From: Chrysomallon squamiferum
Taxonomy: Eukaryota; Animalia; Mollusca
Reading direction: 5' to 3'
Assembly (NCBI GenBank): GCA_012295275.1
Contig: CM022671.1
Span: 9,548,001-9,612,000, forward strand
Length of the DNA stretch: 64,000 nucleotides
Shown: positions 1 through 10,700 of the stretch, one piece after another
Position numbering within the stretch: position 1 is the first letter of the stretch
Layout of the letters: every line of letters begins with the position of its first letter
Notes under the pieces: generated by a model
Seen by the model: the letters and a program-made list of their open reading frames with translations, nothing else
What the model was told of the DNA's origin: nothing
Databases searched by the model: none
Program-made: the position numbers and the translations under genes

Positions 1-211
1 ACCTTTACTTCTTTCTTTTCTACCTTTCTTTCTTTCTTTCTTTCTTTCCATATTTTCTATCTTTGATTTCCTTTCTTTCATTTTTTTTTCATATTATGAT
101 TTATTTATTATTTATTTATTTATTATTTTTAATCAGTTCATACACTCTGCTCTCACTGACTGTTTATTTATGCTTTTGTAATCGAATTTTCTTTGTTATT
201 TTCTTAATTCC

Positions 212-690
212 AGTGAACACATCTCGCACGAGGTAGGCTATTGTACCTATACTAGTGAACACATCTCGGATAAGGGAGAGCACTCTAAATATACCAGTGA
301 ACACATCTCACATAAGGGAGGCGACTCTAAAAATCAGTGAACACATCTCACATAAGGGAGGCCACTCTGAAAAACAGTGAACACATGTCACATAAGGGAG
401 GCCACTCTAAATATAGCAGTGAGTACATCTCACATAAGGGAAGGTACTCTAAATATACCAGTGAACACATCTCAAGTGTTTGTGTTTATTGCGTATGTGA
501 TAGAGTTTCATCTAAATTATTTTATTTTATTTCTTATATTTTTATTGATGATATATTGTTAATATTGTATTTTTATTGTAGTAAATAATTATTACTGTTT
601 TATTATTATTGTTATTGTTAACCACAGAGAGAGGGAGGCCACTCTAAATATACCAGTGAATCAGAGTCTCACATAAGGGAGGCCAGAGAT
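212..690 (+). repeat. ~40-42 bp tandem repeat (AGTGAACACATCTCACATAAGGGAGGCCACTCTAAATATACC), about 7 copies at 212-475 plus a partial copy at 630-690
   Basis: Directly visible repeated unit; it explains the repetitive ORFs 337..588 and 377..562. Confidence 0.9.
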
Positions 691-714
691 ACTGAATTTA
701 ACAATGAACACAAC

Positions 715-1185
715 AAGGAGATAGACAGAGAGAGAGAAAGACACAGGGGTAGATACAGAGACAAAGGAGAGAGAGACACAGAGAAAGACACAGGGGTAGA
801 TACAGAGACAAAGAGAGAGTGACAGAGAGATAGAGTGAGGAAGAGAGAGGACAGGAGAGAGAGAGAGACGGGGAGGGAGAGAGAGAGATAGAGAGACAGG
901 AGAGGGAGAAGGAGAAGAAAAAGAGATAGGGACAGAGAGAGATAGAGAGATACAGGGAGAGTCAGACAGAGAGAGACATAGAGGGACAGAGAAAGAGAAA
1001 GAGAGAGCGACAGAGAGACAGATAGAAGAAGGGGTAGAGACAGGAAAGAGAGATAGAGAGACAACCAGAGCGAGAGATAGAGACAGGCAGAGAGAAAGAT
1101 AGTGAGAGAGAGAGAGAGAGAGACAAGCAGAGCCAGAAATAGAGAGACAGTCAGTCAGACAGACAGACAGACAGAGAGAAAGAGT
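715..1185. repeat. Degenerate (GA)n/(GACA)n microsatellite
   Basis: Purine-rich AG/GACA repeats; source of the Leu/Ser-rich ORF 669..1064. Confidence 0.95.
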
Positions 1186-1194
1186 GATCTACAC

Positions 1195-1745
1195 CGAGAA
1201 CATTCTACGCCAAAAAGTTCGAAACCAAACAGGTTCTTTCAATACTGGCTTCAGTGTGCTAATCAACAAAATGTCATTGGTGATTGACAGTAGGATGGCT
1301 GAAATTCAGACCATTTAAATTGAAGTATTCTGGTCATTCGTATAATGAATAACCAAATATATTGCAACTTCTGTCTGAATTATGGGTTCAAGTGTCTCAC
1401 GATTTTTTTTTCTCTAAACAAAAATAGCAACAGTGTGCACCTGTCTTCAGACTCAGGTTCCATCAATGCGTCTTCATGGATTCGGTTGTTTTCTGCTCTA
1501 GCTTTGCTATCAGCTGAATCACGGGCGTGGTCTCCTTGCAGCATCCTCCCTCTGTTGTATTACTGGCGCCCTGCAAACCGAGCTTCGTCGATTTTCAGTG
1601 CTCTTCATCAGTTCTTATCATTTCTCCACGATTGTTAACGGAAACAATTTGGGTACAAATGTTACGACACATGCTGAACCAATCACATATTGATTCGTTA
1701 CCTCAACCAGTCAACTCTTGCATGTTATCATAAGATGCATCTTCA
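1195..1745 (-). pseudogene. Decayed Merlin (IS1016/IS1595-family DDE) transposase fragment
   Basis: Hand translation of the minus strand across stops and frameshifts gives SICDWFSMCRNIC...LKIDEARFAGRQ*YNRGRMLQGD...RETLEPIIQTEV...E*PEYFNLNGLNFSHPTVNHQ*HFVD*HTEASIER. This matches the Merlin motifs IDE.(K/R)F..RKYNRGR and TVNH..FVD..T..HT..IE. Confidence 0.85.
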
Positions 1746-1789
1746 ATAAAATATAAAAAAGTTAATTCTAAAATTTGGCACAGAAAAAG

Positions 1790-4500
1790 ATTGCAATGGT
1801 CTTTTTAATTAATTGAATTTTTGCTTCTTTTAGAATTGTATATGCATTCAGTAGGAGATATTTCTCTGTATATGTGTGTATGTGTGTGTTTGTGTGTATG
1901 GTTATATATACATACTAAGGAAACTAAAAATCATATCGTTTAGAATTATCTCCCTTTAGTGATATGTGTTCAGAAACACAGATTAGGTCCATTACTTGAG
2001 ATGTACTCACTGACGAAAGTAAAAATTATATCGATTAGACTTATCTCCCTTTAGTGATATGTGTTCACGAACAGAGATTAGAGTTAGGTCCCTTACGTGA
2101 GATGTACTCACTAAGGAATCTAAAAATTATTTCGATTTTCCATAATACAGTATAATACTTTATTTATTTGTTTACTTATTCATTTATTTTATCTGTCTCC
2201 TTTGCTTGTTGTTGTTAAAATAAAACAATCAGTAAATAAAATTATTTATTGTGTCATTTAATAGAATTGGTTTTTATTATCAGAATATATTATTTCTTTT
2301 TGTATTGTATTAATATTCTGATGTTTATTTATTATTAAATTTTCGGACAATTTTTAATTAATTAAATTTTGTTTCTTTTAGAATTTTATATGCATTCAGT
2401 ACCAGATGTTTCTCTGTATATGTGTGTGTGTATATATATATATATATACTAAGCAAACTAAAAATGATATCGATTAGACTTATCTCCCTTTAGTGATGTG
2501 TGTTCACGAAAAGAGATTAGAGTTAGGTCCCTTACGTGAGATGTACTCACTAAGCAAAGTAAAAATTATATGAATTAGACTTATCTCCCTTTTGTGATAT
2601 GTGTTCACAAACACAGATTAGTGTTAGTTCCATTACTTGAGATGTACTCACTAAGGAAAGTAAAAATTATATGGATTAGACTTATCTCCCTTTAGTGATA
2701 TGTGTTCACAAACACAGATTAGAGTTAGTTCCATTACTTGAGATGTACTCACTAAGCACAGTAAGAATTATATCGATTAGACTTATCTCCCTTTAGTGAT
2801 ATGTGTTCACGAACAGAGATTAGAGTTACGTCCCTTACATGAGATGTACTCACTAACGAATCTAAAAATTATATCAATTTTCCACAATGCAGTTTGATAC
2901 TTTATTTATTTGTTTACTTATTTATTTATTCTATCCTATCTACTTTACTTGTTGTTTCTACAATAAATTATTTTATTTACTGACTTTTTTATTTTGTCAT
3001 TTGATAGAATGGGCTTTCAATTTCAGAATTTATTATTTCTTTTGTATTTTATTAATATTCTGATATTTATTTATTATAAAATTTTCTGGGAATATTTAAT
3101 TAATTGAATTTTGTCTCTTTTAGAATTTTATATGCATTGAGTACAGGATGTTTATCTGTATATGTGTTTGTGTGTGAATGTGTGTATTTGTATATGTGTC
3201 TATGTCTATATATATATATATATATACTAAGAAAACTAAAAATCAAATCATTTACAATTATCTCCCTTTAGTGATATGTGTTCAGAAACACAGATTAGAG
3301 TTTTGTCAATTACTTGAGATGTACTCACTAAGGAATGTAAAAATTATATAGATTAGACTTACCTCCCTTTAGTGATATGTGTTCACAAACACAGATTAGA
3401 GTTAGTTTCATTACTTGACATGTACTCACTAAGCACAGTAAGAATTATATCGATAAGACTTATCTCCCTTTACTGATATGTGTTCACGAACAGAGATTAG
3501 AGTTAGGTCCCTTACGTGAGATGTACTCACTAAGGAATCTAAAAATTATGTCGATTTTCCACAATAATACTTTATTTATTTGTTTACTTATTTATTTATT
3601 TTATCCTGTCTCCTTTGCTTAGCAACAAAATAAAACAATCAGTAAATAAAATTATTTATTGCATCATTTGATAGAATGGGTTTTTATTATCAGAATATAT
3701 TATTTCCTTTTGTATTTTATTAATATTCTGATGTTTATTTATTATTAAATTTTCTGACAATTTTTAATTAATTGAATTTTGTTTCTTTTAGAATTTTATA
3801 TGCATTCAGTACCAGATGTTTCTCTGTATATGTGTGTGTATTTGTATATGTGTCTATATATATATATATATACAAAGCAAACTAAAAATGATATCGATTA
3901 GACTTCTCTCCCTTTAGTGATATGTGTCCACTAACACACATTACAGTTAGGTCCCTTACGTGAGATGTAGTCACTAGGGAAAGTAAAAATTATATGGATT
4001 AGACTTATCTCCCTTTTGACATGTGTTAGTGATTACAGTTAGTGAGTACATCTCACGTAAGGGACCTAAGCAAAGTAAACATTATATGGATTAGACTTAT
4101 CTCCCTTTAGTGATATGTGTTCACAAACACAGATTAGAGTTAGTTCCATTACTTGAGATGTACTCACTAAGCACAGTAAGAATTATATCGATTATACTTA
4201 TCTCCCTTTACTGATATGTGTTCACGAACAGATATTAGAGATCGGTCCCTTACGTGAGATGTACTCACTAAGGAATCTAAAAATTATATCGATTTTCCAC
4301 AATACAGTTTGATACTTTATTTATTTGTTTACTTATTTATTTATTCTATGCTGTCTAGTTTACTTGTTGTTTTTACAATAAATTATTTTATTTACTGACT
4401 TTTTTTTTTGTCATTTGATAGAATGGATTTTTAATTTCAGAATTTATTATTTCTTTTGTTTTTTATTAATATTCTGATATTTATTTATTATTAAATTTTC
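1790..4500. repeat. Nested tandem array: ~95-100 bp subunit (ACTAAGGAAAGTAAAAATTATATCGATTAGACTTATCTCCCTTTAGTGATATGTGTTCAC...GTCCCTTACGTGAGATGTACTC) in 4 blocks separated by AT-rich spacers; higher-order period ~1.42 kb
   Basis: Spacer starts recur at ~2135/3555 and ~2875/4295; each block has 2-4 subunits. Confidence 0.9.
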
Positions 4501-4501
4501 T

Positions 4502-4680
4502 GGCAAGAATGTTGTATTGATGGAGTCCCCTATCAAAGGATGGACGGTGATTGATATAGGCAAAACTGCAGAAGTATGTTGAGATAGTCAAAGGAATACT
4601 GCCAGCACATGCACTTTCTGGCAGTGACACCGTTGCCTCCTATTTTGGAATGTGAAAGAACACTCTACTCAGAACACTTC
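4502..4680 (+). pseudogene. Fragment of a PIN/FEN1-like (H3TH motif) protein of the kind found in invertebrate transposon-associated ORFs
   Basis: Translates, with one frameshift, to VLMESPIKGWTVIDIGKTA..YVEIVKGILPAHALSGSDTVASYFGM*KNTLLRTL, matching the HA(L/F)(S/T)GCDT.S..G.GK motif. Confidence 0.65.
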
Positions 4681-4749
4681 TAATATTATTTCATTTAATT
4701 TTTCAGTACAAACTATTTTTATATTTCACTTTTTAGTAATTTCTTCTAA

Positions 4750-7700
4750 ACAGAATGTACAGTCATTTCTGTCTACGATTTAGGTGATGTTCTTCTGCCG
4801 CAGCATTTTAAGAAAAAAAGATGTATTTGAAGACTTTTTTTTCTCATATACATTTTTCAAGCAATTTTTTTAATTTTTCCAATTTTTATTAATTTGTTCA
4901 TTTTTACGAAATGTACAGACATTTTTGTTCTTTTACAGACATTTCTGTTTACCATTTCGGTGATGTCCTTCGACTACATCATTCTTAATCAGAAGGTGCA
5001 TGTGTAGATTCTTCTCTTCAGCTTCCTCTTCTCATCCTGAGAAAACAAGCCGTACAAATGTCTATATTTCATTTCACAAACATTAAAACAACTACAAATT
5101 TAATTCCGTCATTATTAGGTGTTACCTTCATTACTATCATCATCATGATAATTCTTAATATTCTCTTTGATAATGATGATGATGACGTTGATGTCATCGT
5201 TGTTATTGCTCTGTTAACTGTATGATTGTCATCATCAGTATTCTCACTATTACTATTTCTTTTTATTCTAAACATTTTACTCCCATTAAAATTAATTTAT
5301 TTCTTTTTATTTTAATACTTTTTCTACCATTTCGATGATGTCCTTCGACTACACCATTCTTAACCAGAAGGTGCATATGTAGATTCTCCTCTTCTGTTTC
5401 CTCTTCTCATCCAGAAGGCATTTCTGTTTTCCATTTCGGTGATGTCCTTCGACTACACCATTCTTAAGCAGATGGTGCATGTGTGGATTCTCCTCTTCGG
5501 TTTTGTCTTCTGATCCTGAGTAAACAAACCGTAGAAATGTCATTATTTCCTTTAACTAACATTAAAACAAATACAAAATTAATTCCATCTGTACTAGTGT
5601 TACTCTCATTACTATCATTATCATAATAATTCTCATTATTCTCTTTGATAGTGACGATGATGACATTGATGTCATCATTGTTATTTCTCTTGTTAATAGC
5701 TGTATGATTCTCATCATCAGTATTATCACTATTACTATTTTCATTATTGATGTAAAAATTTTTACTCTTATTGAAATTAATTTATTTCATTTTATTTTAA
5801 TAACTTTTTCTAAAGGAAATACTTTTATTTTTCACTTTTTAGTAACTTGTTCTTTACAAAATGTGCAGGCATTTCTGTTTACCATTTCGGTGATGTCCTT
5901 CGACTACACCATTCTTAAGCAGACGGTGCATGTGTGGATTCTCCTCTTCAGCCTCCTCTTCGCTTTCCTCTTCGGTTTCCTCTTCTCATCCTGATAAAAC
6001 AAACCGTAGAAATGTCGTTATTTCATTTAACAAACATTAAAACAAATACAAAATTCCACGACTACTGGTGTTACTCTTATTGTTTTAATCATATTGTTCT
6101 TAAATTCTGCTTCATGATGGTGATGATGTTTTTAATTAAATTTACTACTATCACTATCAATATTATTTTTACTAATATTATTACTATTAATTTCTTTCAT
6201 TTTATTTCAATTACTTTTTTCAAGCAAATATTTCTTTTTCCAATTTTTATTAATTTGTTCTTTACCAAATGTACAGCCATTTCTGTTTACCATTTCGGTG
6301 ATGTCCTTCGACTACACCATTCTTAAGCAGAAGGTGCATATGTAGATTCTTCTCTGCAGCTTCCTCTTCTCATCCTGAGAAAACAAGCCGTAAAAATGTC
6401 TATATTTCATTTCACAAACATTAAAACAACTACAAATTTAATTCCGTCATTATTAGGTGTTACCTTCATTACTATCATCATCATGATAATTCTTAATATT
6501 TTCTTTGATAATGGTAGTGATGACGTTGATGTCATCGTTGTTATTGCTCTGTTAACTGTATGATTGTCATCATCAGTATTCTCACTATTACTATTTCTTT
6601 TCATTATTAACATTTTTATTCTAAACATTTTACTACCATTAAAATTAATTTATTTCATTTTATTTTAATACTTTTTCTACCATTTCGATGATGTCCTTCG
6701 ACTACACCATTCTTAACCAGAAGGTGCATATGTAGATTCTCCTCTTCTGTTCCCTCTTCTCATCCAGAAGGCATTTCTGTTTTCCATTTCGGTGACGTCC
6801 TTTGACTAGACCATTCTTAAGCAGATGGTGCATGTGTGGATTCTCCTCTTCGGTTTCGTCTTCTCATCCTGAGAAAACAAACCGTAGAAATGTCATTATT
6901 TCATTTAACAAACATTAAAACAAATACAAAATTAATTCCATGACTACTAGTGTTACTCTCATTACTATCATTATCATAATAATTCTCATTATTCTCTTTG
7001 ATAGTGACGATGATGACATTGATGTCATCATTGTTATCTCTCTTGTTAATAGCTGTATGATTCTCATCATCAGTATTATCACTATTACTATTTTCATTAT
7101 AGATGTAAAAAATTTTACTCTTATTGAAATTAATTTATTTCATTTTATTTTAATAACTTTTTCTAAAGCAAATACTTTTATTTTTCACTTTTTAGTAACT
7201 TGTTCTTTACAAAATGTGCAGGCATTTCTGTTTACCATTTCGGTGATGTCCTTCGACTACACCATTCTTAAGCAGAAGGTGCATGTGTAGATTCTCTTCA
7301 GTTTCGTCTTCTCATCCTGGGAAAATAAACCGTAGATTTGTCTATATTTCTTTTAACAAACATTAGAACAAATTTAATTTCATCATTACTAATGTTACCG
7401 TCATTACTATCATCATCATTATAATTATTATTATTCTCTTTGATAATGATGATGATGATGTTGATGTCATCAATGTTATTGCTCGTTAACTATATGATTG
7501 TCATCATCAGTATTATCACTATTACTATTTTATTTTGATTACTATTATTAAATTTAATATATTTCATTTGATTTTTATTACTTTTTCTAAAGCAAATAAG
7601 TTTATTTTTCACTTTTTATTAACTTGTTCTTTACAAAACATACAAGCATTTCTGTTTACCATTTCGGTGATGTCCTTCGCCTACACCATTCTTAAGCAGA

Positions 7701-10700
7701 AGGTGCATGTGTAGACATCAATATGTCTACGTTAAAATGGATACATGCCAACTGAAATGGCAGAAATCCGAGGAAAATGAAAAACCCGTTCCTGGCTTCA
7801 TCTGTGGATTCTGGTATTCATTTTCCTCTTGTGCTACTGGGAAAAAAACCGTAGGAATGTCAGTATTTCATTTTTCAAACTTTAAATCAAATAAAGAAAT
7901 AATTCCGTCATTACTAGTGTTACCCTTTTTATTATCATCATAATATATCACATATTCTCTTTGATGATGAAGATATTCCTGATAATGTTGTTGTTGTAGT
8001 TGTTGTTTCTGTTGTTATTCTCATTATTATTCTCATTTTCAGTACTGCCATTATTGTTTTTACTATTGTTTTTGTTGTTAATATAACTTTATTTTATTTT
8101 GTTTTATCTCATCTCACTCCCTTTAATTACTTGTTATGAAGCCAATACTTTTCTTTTTTATTAAGCTTTTTCAAAAAATGTACAGGAATTTCTCTTTACC
8201 ATTCAGATGATGTCTCTCTCCTGCAGCACTCTTTCACCTTCTTCACCTGTGAGATCTACGGATTATAAAGCAGAACATGCATGTGTAGACATCAGTATTA
8301 AGAGTCTGATGCCTACGTTAAAATAAATACACGCCCACCCAAATGCCGGCAAACCCCCAAAAATTAAAAACCTATTCCTGATTTCAGCTGTGTATTCCTG
8401 TCTTCATTTTCCTCTTCTCATCCTGTGAAAAAAATCTAAAAATGTCAGAAGTTCATATAACAAACATTAAAACAAATACAAAATTAATTCCATGACTACT
8501 AGTATTACACTTATTGTTTTAATCATATTGTTATTAAATTCTCCTTCATGATGGTCATGTCTTCAAATTTAATAATCACTACTATCACTATCAATATTAG
8601 TTTTATTAATATTATTACTATTAATTTCTTTCATTTAATTTTAATTAGCTTTTTAAAGCAAATATTTCTTTTTTCACTTTTTATTAATTTTTTCTTCACA
8701 AAATGTACAGGCATTTCTGTTTACCATTTCGGTGATGTCCTTTCACTACACCATTCTTAAGCAGAAGGTGCATGTGTAGATTCTCCTCTTCAGTTTCGTC
8801 TTCTCATCCTCAAAAAACAAACCGTAGAAATTTTATTATTTCATTTAACAAACTTTAAAACAAATACAAACTTAATGTTACCATCATTACTATCATCATC
8901 ATGATAATTCTTACTAATCTCTTCAATCTGATGATGAAGTTGACGTTGATATCATCATTGTTATTGCTCTTAAAATTAATTGACTTCATTCATAAGTATT
9001 TTCATTTTTGCAATTTTGATTATTATTGTAAACATTATTACTATTATTAAAATTAATTTATCTCATTTTATTTTAATTACTTTTTTAAAGCAAATATTTT
9101 TATTTTTCAGTTTTTATAAACTTCTTCTTTACAAAATGTACAAGCATTTCTGATACCATTTCTGTGATGTCCTTCGCCTACACCATTCTTAAGCAGAAGG
9201 TGCATGTGCAGATTCTCCTCTTCAGTTTCGTCTTCTCATCCTCAGAAAACAAACCGTAGAAATTTTATTATTTCATTTAACAAACTTTAAAACAAATACA
9301 AACTTAATAGTGTTACCATCATTACTATCATCATCATGATAATTCTTACTAATCTCTTCAATCTGATGATGAAGTTGACGTTGATATCATCATTGTTATT
9401 GCTCTTGCGAACTTCATTATTGCAATTTTGATTATTATTGTAAACATTATTACTATTATTAAAATTAATTTATCTCATTTTATTTTAATTACTTTTTTAA
9501 AGCAAATATTTTTATTTTTCAGTTTTTATAAACTTCTTCTTTACAAAATGTACAAGCATTTCTGATACCATTTCTGTGATGTCCTTCGCCTACACCATTC
9601 TTAAGCAGAAGGTGCATGTGCAGATTTTCTTGTCCTGTTTCTTCTTCTAATCCTGAAGGCATGTCTGATTATCACATCTGTGATGTCCTTCGCCCACACC
9701 ATTCTTAAGCAGAAGGTTCATGTGTAGATTCTCCTCTTCAGCCTCCTCTTTGGTTTTCTCTTCGGTTTCCTCTTCGGTTTCCTCTTCTCATCCTGAGAAA
9801 ACAAACCGTAGAAATGTCGATATTTCATTTAACAAACATTAAAACAAATACAAGATTAATTCCATGACTACTAGTGTTACTCTTATTGTTTTAATCATAT
9901 TGTTCTTAAATTCTGCTTCATGATGGTGATGATGTTTTTAATTAAATTTACTACTATCACTATCAATATTATTTTTACTAATATTATTACTATTAATTTC
10001 TTTCATTTTATTTGAATTACGTTTTTCAAGCAAATATTTCTGTTTCCAATTTTTATTAATTTGTTCTTTACGAAATGTACAGACATTTCTGTTTACCATT
10101 TCGGTGATGTCCTTCGACTACATCATTCTTAATCAGAAGGTGCATGTGTAGATTCTTCTCTTCAGCTTCCTCTTCTCATCCTGAGAAAACAAGCCGTACA
10201 AATGTCTATATTTCATTTCACAAACATTAAAACAACTACAAATTTAATTCCGTCATTATTAGGTGTTACCTTCATTACTATCATCATCATGATAATTCTT
10301 AATATTCTCTTTGATAATGGTAGTGATGACGTTGATGTCATCGTTGTTATTGCTCTGTTAACTGTATGATTGTCATCATCAGTATTCTCACTATTACTAT
10401 TTCTTTTTATTCTAAACATTTTACTCCCATTAAAATTAATTTATTTCTTTTTATTTTAATACTTTTTCTACCATTTCGATGATGTCCTTCGACTACACCA
10501 TTCTTAACCAGAAGGTGCATATGTAGATTCTCCTCTTCTGTTTCCTCTTCTCATCCAGAAGGCATTTCTGTTTTCCATTTCGGTGATGTCCTTCGACTAC
10601 ACCATTCTTAAGCAGATGGTGCATGTGTGGATTCTCCTCTTCGGTTTTGTCTTCTGATCCTGAGTAAACAAACCGTAGAAATGTCATTATTTCCTTTAAC

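Noticed and set aside
669-1287. Leu/Ser-rich and Arg/Glu-rich ORFs
   Set aside because: These are translations of the GA microsatellite.
4955-5045. Tandem C/D-box snoRNA cluster on the plus strand (GTGATGT ... CTGA)
   Set aside because: The C box is imperfect (TGATGT), there is no convincing terminal stem or recognisable rRNA antisense element, and the CTGA is better explained as the reverse complement of the TCAG splice acceptor.
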